Below are positions 1-14,194 of a stretch of DNA of 64,000 nt, piece after piece. Location: NCBI RefSeq assembly GCF_009914755.1, contig NC_060936.1; one strand, given 5' to 3'. Origin of the DNA: the human T2T-CHM13v2.0 reference genome, Homo sapiens. Position 1 is the stretch's first letter. Each line of letters starts with the position of its first letter. The translations under genes and the position numbers were made by a program. The notes beneath the pieces are model-generated. The model did not search any database and had not been told where the DNA came from. It saw only the letters and a list, made by a program, of their open reading frames with translations.

Positions 1-2190
1 CATCCGGAGTGTTCACATTCCTCATGCTACTTGGCTTTTCATCACAGACAGTCCTTTAGATGTTAGTGACTGCCTCTCCCTGTTGTGGAAAGTCTTGTTC
101 CGTACACACCTCTCTTAAACATGCTTGCAGTGGATCAAGTGTGCTGTTGCAGTCACTTCTATACAATGTGGAGCAGCCAGTCCTCTGGCAAGGATGTCGC
201 TTTGGTCCAATGGTGAAATCAGACCTAGCTCATGTCATGCTGATGTAGAAGGCCTTCTCCTAAAAGTGGCCGTTTCCATGCGTGGGGAGACTCCTTGTAG
301 CTAGCCCATACTCTGCGATGCGGGTTGTATCTGTGGCTCCCGCCCGGTGATGTCCTGTCATGATCAGCTTCCAGCAGTTGTGACCCACTTGCAGTCATTC
401 ACCTTCACCTCATGGGCCTGCACGGTAGTGGCTACAGACACCCACAACAGGTTCAGTGGATCTCAACTCTGGCTGACAGTGCTTGTGGGTGCTTTTAAAA
501 ACGCTAATGCCTGGGGCCCTTCCCTGGCCGCTGTTTACCTTGTCTCTGGGGATAGGGCCCAGGCAGTTTGTTAAAAATTCCCAGGAGGTACGCGCCAAGG
601 ACCTCTTTCTGGCCTGTCGGATCAAGGGGCCCTGTGCGTGTGCTGCAGTCTGTTTGGTGGCATGTGACTGGCTGCAAGGTGGTCCAGGCGGATGACAAGG
701 GAGAGGTAATGATGCTGTTAATCAGAAACATTAATCTGTGCTAATGTATCATCCCTCCCAGGTAGCAGAACGTTCTCATTCAGTTAAAAATCTCATCTCC
801 TTGAAAAGGCCCTTGAGAAGTGAGTGATGTGAATGCTGACAGTTTTGGAAACCAGAGAGAGATTTTGGGCAGGAGACTTTTCACTGTGCTCCAATTCCCC
901 CCTGCAGGTGGCTACCCCTCCCGCCTGTAGCAATAAAGATTGACACAGGAATGGCAAGGGGGGCCTCCCAGAGCAGACATTCTTCTAGCTGCATATTCAG
1001 CAAATACCTGTGCGGGGCCTCCCAGGTACAGGTGCTGGGCTCAGCAGGGACTTCAGTGGAGACCAAAACCAGGTGCAGTTCCTGCTGTTACTGGGCTTAC
1101 ATCAAGCAGAGGAAGTTGACCTTACTTAAGTGATTCTTTCCCACAGGATGAGGGAGCCGCTCCCTCTCTGCTTTTGGGTCCCTGTCTAACCTTCTGCCTC
1201 AGCTCGCTCAGCTGCATAGACAGATAGACAGAACCCTAGCATTACGGCAGGCATCTCCCAGGCTGGCTTCTCCTGGGCTGCGGGTGGCCTTTGATTTTGG
1301 AGCCTCTGCTGCCCCACAGTGCTCCCCACCTCCCACCTCTTTTGCCTTTGGATGGGGTCTTCCACATTTCAGATGGCTATAAATACAACAGGTGCAAGTT
1401 CAGACGCTCCAAGGAGAGCAACCACTGCCATTGGGTTGTGCAGTAAGGTGTGAATGACTAACATCGAATCTGTCCTGAGAGTAGGTTTTAGTAGAGAGAG
1501 AGAACCTGGCAGAGTTGCGGGCCTGACGAGGGCAGGGGAAGAGCCTGTAAAACAAGCCCTGCCCACAGCAGACTGTTGCTCAGTTAGGCCAGAGCCCTGT
1601 GGAGGAGATGAGTGTTTGAGTGAGGAGAGAGAGGAGGAGGAGGGCAGGAAGAGGAGGAAAAGGCTCTTGTGTTATGTTCCAGTTATGCACCACAAGGACT
1701 GCATCATCCCGGGAAGGGCCCAGGATCCCTCCTCCAGCAAGTAAAATGAGTTTCAAAGAGCACTTGGGCAATCCTGATCAGTGGGACTCACCTTTGCCTG
1801 CAGGGAGCTGACACCCCTGGACAACTGGCCAGTGGAGCCTCTAGGGAGGTGGGGTCCTACAACCTGACACGAGCCAGGTTTAGCCTCAGATGCAGCCCAT
1901 GCTGACCCCCAGTGGGAGCATGCTGACCCCCAGCTCCACTGCTTGTAGAGGGGATTGGGAGCTGAGGGGTTCTTTACCTCCTGGAGTCACAGAGCCCCTT
2001 ATGGTCTGTTGGAAGTTACAGACCCCTATGGAAACATACAAACAAATGTGTACATGCAGCACTATATGTGATTTTACATTATAAAATAAGCACTAGGAGG
2101 GAGCAAAAGGATGGGGTGTTCATTTTACAGATTAGAAAACTGAGGCCCTCCGGGGCATAACGCCTTCCTGCAACCCTAGGCCTCTCTGCC

Positions 2191-2594
2191 TGTATTAGGC
2201 CATTGTTGCGTTGCTGTAGAGAAATACCTGAGGCTGGGTAATTTATAAGAAAAGAGGTTTCGTTGGCTCACAGTTCTGCAGGTTGTAAAGGAAACTCAGC
2301 ACCAGCGTCAGCTTCTGATGAGGCCTCAGGAAGCTTCCAATCATGGCAGAAGGTGAAGGGGGAGCAGGAAATGTCACATGGCAAGATTGGGAGCAAGAGA
2401 GAGGGAGGGAGGAGGTGTCACACACTTTTAAACAACCAGATCTCATGAGAACTCCCTATCCCAAGGACAGCACCAAGACATGAGGGATCCACCGCCACGG
2501 CCTGAACACCCCCACCAGGCCCACCTCCAGTCCTCCAGTGTTGGGGATGACATTTCAACATGAGATTTGAGGGACAGATATCTGAACTATAGCA
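2191..2594 (-). mobile_element. MaLR solo LTR, MST-like (MSTA/MSTB)
   Basis: tgtattaggcc...gggtaatttataagaaaagaggttt...ggcctcaggaagcttccaatcatggcagaaggtgaa...catgagatttg...ctatagca matches the reverse complement of the MST consensus. Confidence 0.85.
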
Positions 2595-3181
2595 CCACCA
2601 TGCCAGTTCCCTTTCTTTCTGTCATCCCAGATCTACCATGAATCATGTGTCACATCAAATTAGACTCGTTAGGGCATAAGCAGGGGCCCCGCAGTCCAGA
2701 ATGTTCCAAATAAATTGAGACTTGTCCATCTGTGTGTCCTGATTTGGGGGTTCAAAGAATAGTCCCTCTAGACAGGGGCACAAACCCTTCCTTCACACAC
2801 AGTAGGCCCTTGAGGAATAGTGGTTGCAGCAATAAAGAAGAGAAGAGAATTCTCAAGGGTGTATGTGGCCTCTCCCCCTAAGAGATTTTGACTCTGCAAT
2901 CCAACCTCAACCACACGGGAGAGAGGGCAGCCAGTGCTGAGGCTGGATGGGGGCTTCATACCTGTGTCATCATGGGTGCCGGGGCCCAGCCTGCCCTGTG
3001 CTAGGGTCACTTCCACACCATCTCTGTACCCGCCACCAGTCTCCAATTTGGCCCACATTGCACTTTCAGCCTTGCTCTGGCCCTGCCAAGCTTTTCGTAA
3101 TGGGGTCACTTTGGCCATGGCCTCACCCCTCTGGATGTCAGGACAACGCAGCCAGACAGGGTAATCAGACTTAGGCAAAAT

Positions 3182-3182
<1 letters not shown>

Positions 3183-3228
<46 letters not shown>
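3183..3228 (+). repeat. (GT)23 microsatellite
   Basis: Perfect 46-nt GT dinucleotide run. Confidence 0.98.
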
Positions 3229-3230
<2 letters not shown>

Positions 3231-4710
3231 GGGGAGGGAGCATTCAACAGGGAGAGAATACCAGATAATAAAGAGCTACAGAGCCAACAGGGACATGGAG
3301 CCACTCCCACTAACTGAACCTCCCTCCTCTTTCCCTCCATCCTTGGAAGTTGCGTTCCAGCCAGCTGCCACTGTTAATTCATATGAGAGATTGGACCAGG
3401 GAGATGCCACCAGGCTTTCACCCCCGCTGTGATGCTGAGGCTGTGGGAGGGATGGTGTGGTTGACTGGGGCCACCTTCATTAGACAGAGCTGCCATCCTG
3501 ATAAAGGAAAGGCTTCTTGTCTCAGAGCTGTGTCCTCCCACTGGCTTTTCTCCCTGCATGCTGTAACTGGTCATCTCAGTCCTGAAGCAGGTATGTGTGT
3601 TGGGCCAAGGTGGAAGGAGAGTGACACTGTTATTAAATTAACCCAGTCCCTTTCATTGCATCCTCCAAGTGAAGAACAAAAGGGATTTTGCATTTGCCCA
3701 CAGTGTCTCTCTAAGCAAGGTCTCTGGAACATCTGTAGGAACTCAGAGACGTTTGGAATGGGCCAATAAAACATGGTGAGCATCCAGCAGCAGCCTGGGG
3801 TGCTGGGCAGAGCCGGGACCTGGGTAGGAATCACAGCAGGATTCCAGCCCTGGCTCTGCGCCTTGCATTGCTCTCACCTGGCTTCCATATCTGGAGGAAC
3901 ATACCTATTTCTCACGATCACTGTGAAGATGGAATGGGGTTTTGTATTTGAAGCTCTGTGTGCAGTTCTGGAGCCCCGAATGTCCTTGGGGGTGCTCTGA
4001 AACCTTAGTGCCTTTATCTCTTCTAATGGTAGGAAATGCACCCTTATTTTAGTCAGATCCTGTGAATTAAATTTTAAAATGGCCATAATAGCTAAGAAGG
4101 TAAACTATTAGTGACTAACTAAGTTGAAGTCTCCATCAGTGTCAAGAAGACAGTTTCATTTGCTGTTACATAAAGTTTTCAGATTGTTTTTCTCATACTT
4201 CCAACCCAAACGTGCAGAATATTTAAAGCTTAGCAAAAAAAATTATAGGGAACTTAGAAATATATAAAACATGTGATGATTGTAATTTTCTTGTGTTAAC
4301 TGGGTTTGCAACTATTTTGCTAGGATAATCTGCCCAATTAACCTCTCATATAACTTCTGAAACTTGTTTCATAGAACACGTAAGGGCAAAGGAAAAGCAA
4401 GACTCAGTCAATGTCTGAAGCAAACTGGAGTCAATGAGGCAATGCCTGCTTAGAACTTTGCACGCTTGAAGTTTCATACTGTTAATTAAATCTGCCTCAA
4501 TTCTTTTTTGAGGGACAAATGGGATTCACCATGGGAAAGAGAGTTATCTGAGAGGAACATCCCAGATTGGAGAAGGAAGAGGTCAACTCAGCCCAACTAG
4601 AGTAGTCCAACAGTTTAATTCTATCTCACTACAACATAAGCGTTCTGTCAGGTGAGCCTGCTAAGTTCCTTTCCTCTCTTCTCTTGGGTCTGTAAGAGTA
4701 TCGCAATTCT

Positions 4711-5091
<381 letters not shown>

Positions 5092-6439
5092 TCAGGGAAA
5101 TCTACTAATACTTGGTTAGACTTTAATTTTTCAATTTTGCAATCTAGAAACAGAAAATACCCATAAATATCCCAAAATAGAAACAAAATGCGGCCCATTC
5201 AGTTTCCAAAAAGTAAACAAAGTGATTCTTCCTCCATGAGATGCCTGAATACATTCATAGTTGGCTAATTAAACTACCATAGAAACAATTATTCAATATA
5301 GGAGGAGAAAGAGAGGAGGAGGAAGGAGCGGGAGCATTAGCAGACATACATGGCTTTTGGCTAGGAAGATAGCTGTTACAGGCCAGTGGAATGGAGGGAA
5401 AATAACCCACGGAGGGCAGAATCATTTCTGCAGACAAGTCTATGAACCAAGCTGAGCCTTCGTCCTTTTTTACCAATAGAGTTTCCCTTCTTTCCCCTTG
5501 GTGCCTCCCCAGCCATCTGTAGGAAGAGGATCCCAACAAGCCTTCCTTCAAGTCAGTTTCAGAGCATTTCTGCCCTACAAGGACCTGGGTATATCTTGGA
5601 TGCCTTGGGAGGCTCATTGAAGTACCATAGGATGGCCATGTTTTCCAGGTCATCTGAGATAACCCCAGCATAATCACCTGTGTCCCCCACAAAATTATTA
5701 ATAGTTGCCCTCTTTAGCTCTCTAAAGTGCCCTTGTTTGAGTGCTAACTCGTGTGGCCAGTCCACATACCCTGCAGGGAGGGTAAAGGGCACCACCTTAT
5801 GTGTCAGCGCTGACTGGCAGCAGCTGCTGGAGTGCTGTGTTGAGGAGGGTTCTGCAGTCGTGTTGTGGCTCAGCAAGCAAAGCCCTGGCAATGGGTTAAC
5901 TGCAGCGGCCCGTGGGGCAAGTGAGGGAGAGGCAGCACTCCCTGCCGGCACAGAACAAACGCTGGCCAGGTCAGGGTGTGGGTTTCAGGCCAGCTCTGCT
6001 CCTAGCTTCCTGTCATCTGAGTGGGATCGTTTCCCTTCTCTGATGTTGGACCAAGATACCTGAAGTTTTCTTTCAATTCCATAATTCGAATCTCGTCCTC
6101 CATCGAGGATTAGCTTGGAAGGGAGCTCCGATGTCATCTAGCATGATTTCCCACTCCCTCCATCTAGTGGGGGATTGTGCAAGATAACATCCGAGCTCCC
6201 TTCCAACCCTAGAATCGTGTGATCCTATGGTAACTTTGTGAGAGGGCCCTCTCTGCTCCAGAGTGAAGCTGCACTTTGGGACGGATGTCAGCTAGTATCT
6301 AGTATTCTCATGGTGCGTTTTATAGTTGACAGAGCACTTGCATGTATCTGACCACAGTCACATGACTCTGGCTTTATTTTCATCATCTTCATTTTATAGG
6401 TGAAGAAATTAAAGCTAAGTAAAGGCCAAGTAAAGGGGA

Positions 6440-6650
6440 CTCTGGGCTCAAACTGCCTGGGTTCAAGCACTTGCCGTAGCTCTCACAATATGTGTGGTTT
6501 GGGCAAGTTAATCTCTCAGTGTCTCAGTACCTTCATCGGTAGGATGGGGTAATATACTTACATCATAATGATGTTTCGAGGATTAAATGAAACGATTCAT
6601 GCAAGCTGCTTGGGACACTGGTTGGAATATAGAACACATGTAATAAAATG
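6440..6650 (+). mobile_element. MIR SINE
   Basis: MIR core ttgggcaagtta...ctcagtgtctcagtaccttcatc...aggattaaatga. Confidence 0.75.
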
Positions 6651-9635
6651 AGTTGATAGAGTGAGTGGTAGAGGTGGTGGAGGTAGCAATTAACAGCAGT
6701 GGTAGTAGTATAGTAGTTACACCCAGCAAGTAAATGGCATAACTGGGACTCTTCTCAGAAACTGACCCCACAGTCTGTATGTGACCCCAGTGACCCCAGA
6801 ATTTACTGCGCTGTGTCTACCTTAGGATTTATATCCACAGGTCAGAAGCAGCAGGCAAGGTAATGAGAAAAATAAAGATGATGTTTAAAGAGATGTTTTC
6901 CCCATCTAGCCCTGAGAGAGTATTGGCTGGGGAGCTGAAATTCTCCCCTCCTCAACCTCCGATAATCTGGTAAGGTCAGTGGCAGGTGCAGGGTGCTTGT
7001 TATGCCATTGCTGTACTATGGGCTCATGGCAGGTGGCTGAATGGACAAGCTCGTGCTCCCTCCCGCTCCCCCTCCCCTCCTCTTGGGAGAGACTGCCTGC
7101 GATGTCAGTGTTTCTTCAGTAACCCGCGCACATTATGTGGTTCCATATGGATCAGTAAATTTCCCCCAATCTCTGTATTACAAGGTCTGGTGCCTCATTA
7201 ATGGCGTCTTCAGCGCCACAAGCTGAGGCTAACAGCTCTGTGTTTTTCCATCTTCAGTGGGTCTGCACACATTTTCAGCAATTTGCAGGAAAGACCTCAA
7301 TTAGCCAAATTCCTACGTGACTCAGTGAAGGCATTCAGAATGCACTCAGCTGTCCATCCTCAGGTGGAGAGGGGTGATCTGAGAGGTCCAGAGAAGAGGC
7401 AGAAAGAAAAAGCAAGCGGGGAGAGGAAAAGTCAAGGGGGAGGGAGGGAAAACGGGGAGAAGGTGAGAGAAACCACAGCAGATGTGGAGGAGCGTGTGTG
7501 AGGACATGGTTATTTTCACCCAGCATGAGACAGATTCACTTCTTTCTTGGATGTTTGGTGTCTTGGCTAAAAATATGTCAACTGAATGTTGTCTCAGGGA
7601 CAGGGAGATGGAGAGCATTAGGACACTTTGCAGAAAGCTCAGGCCTGGAACGGGGCTTTCTTTCACATGTGGGTAGGGGGTGAGTGCTTGGGCTATGCTG
7701 AGAGTGGGGCCCAGAGCATCGACAGTGCAGAAACTCACTTCTCCAAGAGCTTCAGCAGCTCCAGGACCCTTCTGCCTGCCTCCCTCTCCCAATTCCATTG
7801 TGAAGTGGCAAAGTCTGTTCCAGGTACTGTGTCCTGTGGGAGGGTGAGGAGGAAGTTGAGGAAACCTCTCTCCCAGAGACTGAGCTGGCAGAGGCCATGG
7901 GCATGGGCGCTGATAAGGGCCAGGAAGCGGGGAGGGTCCTAACACCATGACAAGGCCAGGTCCTTGTCTGCAGTGTCACAGGGCTGTGGTCCTCTATTGG
8001 CCAACAGTAGCTCCTCTGCACCTGGAGGAGGACGTGGGGCCCACTGGACTCACCTGGGCGACTGTCTGCACTGTGGGAGGGAAGGAGAGTCCAGAGGTCT
8101 GGTCAGGGACTGAAGCATGGCATGAGGCAGCCCTGGGGCTAATGCAGGCCCTGGCTGTCACATTCCCCAGGGAGGGATAGGCCCGGAATCATTGCTAGGT
8201 AGCATAGAAACCTAACACACCAAAAGCAGAGAATTGGGTAAATAAATTATAGTACAGCTATTCCTGCTACTAGAATGCTATAAGGTTATTGGAAATGATA
8301 TTGTAGACAAAATTTGACAGTGTATTAAATGTTTAAAAGCTGTTGTTAAGCAAAAATAGGGAATATAAAATGATACGAACAGTATAATCGCAATTTTGGA
8401 AAAATACACACAAAGGAAGTAGATTAATCATATAAGCGAAAATGTCAGCAACAGTAGCTTCAAGGAAGTGGAATACTGCTCCTTTTCCTTTTCCTGTTTT
8501 TTGGGTGGGTGTCTCAGAGTTTTCTTAAATTTATAACATAGAATTTGTTATTTGGCTATTAGAAAATAAAATTATCGAGATTATAAGAAATAATTGGGAC
8601 AACAGCAAGTCACATTTTGCTGACTTCTTATTGGCCATTTGAGAAAACTGAACCAAAGGATTAAACCATGAGAGCAGGGAACCCTGGTCCTTACCTTTAC
8701 AATATAACCTTTTGCAGCCAGTCTTTAGAGGTGTGGCTTTAAATGCACTTACCTCATTTCCAGCCTGGGCTTCATGCTCTCCTCATTTGCAATGCTAAGC
8801 TTTTTATCTATTTTCCCCTCAAAGCTTTGTAGTTCACTTTAAAGACTTTACTGAAGGTGGAAAAGCATGGGAAGCCTGGATTATCCAATCCCAATGCCTG
8901 GGACAAATGAAAGGTCACAAGAATGAGAAGAAAAAGTTTCCAGAGGGTTTTTAGAAAGCCCCAAGAGACTTGGGAAGTCAAGTAATAATTTGGCAGGAGG
9001 GGTCTTCCTTGCTTTGGTTTGGGTGTGCCTCTTTGGATTTCGTGGTATTCTTGTTGGGGGAACAGATGACTATGTTCCTCATATTCTCGAAGGCATTTGT
9101 GGTGGGACTGAGAAATTAGCCCAGTCCTCATGGAAGAGAATGAGAGAGTAGGATACAGCTCAGAGCTGGGGGCAGGGAACACTGGTGAGAACTAACCCAG
9201 CACAGTTATTTTCATATACCCACTGAATTTCCAAATCTTATCAATCAATGAGCAGTACATACGCCCACCCTGTGCAAAATACTGGGTTAAAAACTGGGGG
9301 GTCTAAATATGATACATGCCTTTGCCGTGAAGGACTGGCAATCTAATTGAGAAGGTAATAAACCCATCTGAAGTTAATATTATCAGAAATAATTGACAAC
9401 AGTGTGTGAGAGATGCCACAAGGTGAGTAGTACATGATTAAGTGCCAAGAGAGTGGCATAGACAGTGAGTGCTGGGTCTGTAAGAATGGGTAAAATCTGA
9501 GGATACATGCAGTAGATACTTCAGGTCTGGGGGAAATAATACAGGTAAATTCTTACAGATAGGAAAGCCCAAGCTGTATTTGAAAGGCAGTAGAAGGGTT
9601 TAGGATGCCCATGAAAATTGTGGTCAGAAAGGTGA

Positions 9636-10140
9636 TATATCAGTTAGCTTGTGCTGCGTAACAAACTACCCGGATACTTAGTGGCTTTAAACAACCACCA
9701 TTTATTAACTTACATTTCTGCAGGTTGGTAATCTGGATTGGCTCAGTTGAGCAGTTCTTCTGGACCTAGCAGGGCTCCACTGATCTTGGTTTGGTGTTCA
9801 AGTGTCTGCTGTCAGCTGGTGGTTTGCTAGAGATAGGCAGTTCATAGTGGCATTGGCTGATATGGCTGGGATGGCTGGGATGTCCTCTTTCCACATGGCC
9901 TCTCATTCTTTAGCAGGCTTTCTTGGCTTGTTTGTGTGATGGAAGAAAAGTTCTCAGTGTGAGAGGAGAAGCTGCAAGGCTTCACGTGGCCTACGCTTAG
10001 CTGTTGCACATTATTCCACCATATTCTTTTGGTCAAAGCAAGTGACAAAGTCAGCTCAGATTGAAGAGATGAGGAAATAGACTCTGATTCTGGAAAAGAA
10101 GAGCTGCAAAATATCGTGGCCATTTTTGCCATCTTCCACA
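9636..10140 (-). mobile_element. MaLR LTR, MLT1 family (F/G/H-like)
   Basis: tatatcagttagc..gctgcgtaacaaactaccc..acttagtggctttaaacaac...gtggccatttttgccatcttccaca. Confidence 0.75.
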
Positions 10141-10688
10141 GATGGGTTGGTTGGATTGGGTGCCAGACCAAAGAACCCTTTAGTAGGAAGGACATAGAAA
10201 GGATGTAATGAGCTAGAGAGTGGGAAGGACCTGTGCTTCCCAGTGCCAGTCTGCCGACCTGTGCCAATCTGCAATGAAGGTTTATCAGCCTGCAGTTAGA
10301 GGAGAAAAACAGGAAGGGTGCATTGTGTACATGCCAGGGACGGGGATGGGGATGGTAGTGGGGTTTTCAGCTGTTCTTTATTCTAGTATTGCTTCTCCTT
10401 CCTTTCATGAAATGAAAAGGATAACAAATGATCATTGTTATTTTTAATATATTATTGGCAGAATAAAAAGTTGGCAACCCTGTGTCCATTCCTAACATTT
10501 CTTTTGCTTTTGTACTGATCAATAAAATCTTGACTAGAGCCTGGGTGTCACTGGATAGCCTATGAAGATCAAGAATTCCCAGAAGGAAGAAATGGCTCGC
10601 TACCGACCCACACATCAAGGAGGCCTTCCCAGCAGAGGTGGGATCTCAGCTGGGCCGAGAATGGCTAGCAATTGTCAGGCATATTTTA

Positions 10689-10999
10689 TTTTACTTTATT
10701 TTTATTTTTTTATTTTTTGAGATGGAGTTTCACGCTTGTCACCCAGGCTGCAGTGTAATGGTGTGATCTCAGCTCACTGCAACCTCCGCCTCCCGGGTTG
10801 AAGTGATTCTCCTGCCTCAGCCTCCCAAGTAGCTGGAATTACACACATGTACACCATGCCCACCTAATTTTGTATTTTTAGTAGAGACGGAGTTTTACCA
10901 TGATGGCCAGGCTGGTCTTGAACTCCTTACCTCAAGTGATCTGCCCATCTCGGCCTCCCAAAGTGCTGGGATTACAGGCGTGAGCCACCGCGCCTGGCC
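10689..10999 (-). mobile_element. Alu, full length (AluSq/Sp-like)
   Basis: T-rich tail, then gagatggagtttcacgcttgtc...gagccaccgcgcctggcc. TSD aggcatatttta at 10677 and 11003. Confidence 0.95.
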
Positions 11000-11982
11000 A
11001 TGAGGCATATTTTAAAAAGTAAAATACCATTGATTTTGGAATGTTTATACTGTATTAGTGGCTCCTTATCAGATCAAACACTCGGCCTGTCGCTTTAGAG
11101 CTTTCAAACTGAGAAACACTTTCAAAGGAAAGACTGTCTCTTATTACTTGCTTGTAAATGGAAAACCTGTTTTAATTACACCTGAAAACTACTTTCATAA
11201 GATTGACTTATGTACTGTCTGTTCAAAACTTACAGAAGCAAGCCCCAATTTTTTTCACTGACATTTGAAGCCTTCCCTGAAGGGACCCCCAGCACATCCC
11301 CACCCTCTGTGCCATCCCTACCCTGCAAACCCCTGCTTTAACCAGGTCTAATGGGCACTGTGCTTGAATGGGCTTGTCTCCTGCTGGCCTTGGGTCCTCC
11401 CCTGCCTTTCAGCTTTCTCTTCTGCCCTCTCTTTGGTGGGAAGTTCCTACACTGCCTTCTCCAGGAAGCCCTCACTCCTGGATCCAGCCAGCTGTGGTGT
11501 TGGCTTTGCATGTCACTCACCTGGTATTTAGTTCTATTTGGGGGGCTATTAATCCTGCCTGCCTAGACTGCCACCTTCCTGAGGCACAGATCTTGTCTTC
11601 CCAGTCCCTGAGTGCCCCGTGTGTGTGGCATCTCAAAGGCGGGGAGCTTTGCTCACTCTGAAAGGAGCCAACACAGTAGGAGCCCCAGACTGTGGGGCCA
11701 GGCATGTATCTCCCTGCTACCTACTTATCTGTGCTGTGACACTCATGGTCCCACTGAACTTGCAACCCAATGAGATGTCCTCCTGGTTGGCTGGACATTT
11801 CCTTAAAGACATGAGAGAAGAAAGAGAGCTCATTAAAGTCAGAGGTGCTCTCTGCTTGCCCTGGGCAGTGACTTTGCAGCGGGAAACCAAGAGGCTGATG
11901 CTGATGTTTAGCCTGTGTCCAAGCCTTGTCACGCTGATTCTGTGCAAAGAGGAGAAGCTGGGAGCATCTTAGGTGATGTCCT

Positions 11983-12418
11983 TGTGTTAGTTACTTAAGG
12001 TTGCTGTCACAAAGTACCATGAACAGAGTGGCTTAAGACAACAAAAATGTATACTTTTGTATCCTGGAGGCCAGAAGTCTGAAATCAAGGAGTTGGCGGG
12101 GCCATTCTCTAGGGAGAATCTGTTCCATGCCTTTCTTTTCGCTTTTGGTGTTGCCAACAGCCTTGGCATTCCTTGGTTTGTAGATGCATTAATCACTCAG
12201 CTTTGCCTCGGTGGTCACATGGCTTCCCTCTTTGTGTGTGTCTGTTTTCCCTTCTTATAAGGACATCAACATATTGGATTAGGGGCCCACAAACTCCAGG
12301 ATGACCTCATCTTAACTAATTAAATTGGCAGTGACCCTATTTCCAAATAAGGTCACATCCTGAGGTCTGGAAAAGACATGTATTTGGGGAAGGGAGGATG
12401 CTGTTCAACCCAGTGCCA
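11983..12418 (-). mobile_element. MaLR LTR, MLT1B/C-like
   Basis: tgtgttagtt..gttgctgtcacaaagtacca..ggaggccagaagtctgaaatcaagg..ccctatttccaaataaggtcacat. Confidence 0.82.
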
Positions 12419-12997
12419 GCCTGGATTCTGTAACAAACTGACTGGGAAGGAGTCTGCGCTCTCCTCGGCTAACAGAGAGAATTCTGGGACCTAACATCTA
12501 TTCAGCAGGCACACACCAAGTTGATGTGGGGGAAAAGCACTGGGGTTGGAGTCAGAAAACTTAGGTATAAGCCCAGTCTCCACCGTAGTCCAGTGGGGTA
12601 AACCTTGCTTTCCTTGTCTTTCCCATGGGGATGATAATACCCTTTCCTCCCTCCCAGGGTTCAGGTTAAGAAAATCCACTCACACAAAAGCTCTTCGTAG
12701 CCTGCAGGCAGTATGCACATGGTGGATGGTACCATGCTTCTTTTTGTCCAGGAGATGGCTTTGTAAGTTAAGTTCAGAAATTTGCAAGGGGTGCTTGGAG
12801 CTATTTGATAGATACCAGTCCCTCTGCTCACTCCCAAGTACTTCGTGATATTCTATGGGCCAAAACACCAGCCGTGCCCAGCTCCACCCATCTTAGGTGA
12901 TGAGGAAGAGTAGTTTCCACAAGCTCATGAGTTCAGGCCAATTGTGGTGAGGAGTAGGAGAGGAGGCTGTGCATACAAAGACCAGAGATTTGAGCAG

Positions 12998-13366
12998 CGC
13001 CTTAGTCAGTTCAGGCTGCTGTAACAAAATACTGTAAACTGGGGTATTTCCTGGGGACTTATAAACCACAGAAATGTATTTCTTATGGTTCTGGAGGTTG
13101 GGAAGTCCAAGATCAAGGTGCTGGCAGACTTGGTGTCTGGTGAGGGCTCATTCGTGGATGGCTGTATTTTTGGTGTGTCCTCACATGGTGGAAGGGGTGA
13201 GCTAGCTCTCCTGGGTCTCTGGTATAACAGTCCTAATTTCATACATGAGGCCTTCTGCCCTCATGACCTAATCACCTCCCAAAGGCCCCACCTCCTAATA
13301 CCTTGGGGGTTAGGATTTCAACATAGGAATTTGGGGGAGGGAATCACAAACATTCGGACCATAACA
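12998..13366 (-). mobile_element. MaLR solo LTR, MLT1A/MSTD-like, with 5-bp TSD
   Basis: cttagtcagttcaggctgctgtaacaaaatac..gggaagtccaagatcaaggtgctggcag..accataaca. Flanked by AGCAG at 12993-12997 and 13367-13371. Confidence 0.85.
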
Positions 13367-14194
13367 AGCAGTGATCTTAACTTTCCACAGATCTGCTGTG
13401 CTATGTTTCATTCCATGAACTGGCAGGACAGGTGTTCTTATTTCTAACTAGAATCCAGAGACACTCAATGTGTTGCCTGAGGATCTGCAATTAGTTCATG
13501 GCAAAGTGACCCAGATACCTTGATTCATGGTCCAGTATATTCTTTTAACTAGTTCCCAGGACTGTTTACAGAAAACTGTAGACCCATCCACCCTCACACT
13601 TGCCTTGAGTTTGCTCTCCCCACCTGCCCACCCCTGACTCAGTCTGGGAGGTGGTGGGGGGGTCCGAGCATGTATGAGACCCAATGCTGGCACAGAGTAT
13701 GTGCTCCGTAAACACTTCCTTTCCCCTTTCCCCTGTAAACCCAAGCACCCTGGTCTCTGTTCTTCAGATGCCGCTTACTGGTATACTCCTTCCTGGCATT
13801 GTAGGATCTGGATGTGGAGGTCTCCTTCCCCCAGGTGTATAGGAGGCCCTTCCTTTGTGTTCCCTGCAGTCCTCAACATGAAGCTGGGCCCATGGAGCCC
13901 AATCCCCACAGGCTGATGGCATTGAGCACCCTGGCCTCACTCTGTTTCTCCTCTGTTCCTGAGCCTCCCACCCAGGAAACACACCCACTGCTGACTCCAT
14001 GTCCCAGTACCCCAGCCACACATGGCTTCTCTGTGGGCGGCTTCAGGCAAAGCTTCTGTCTCTCCTCACCCGCTCTGCACTTCCTGCCCTGCAGGCAGAG
14101 GGAGCTCCCTTCATTGACGGGTGGCCATGGGCAGGGTGATATGTTTGAGAAGCAGTGAATCCTGTAGCTGAAAGGAACCATGGGGCCACTTAGG

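Noticed and set aside
1898-1933. catgctgacccccag repeated with a 21-bp period
   Set aside because: A small slippage duplication with no functional cue.
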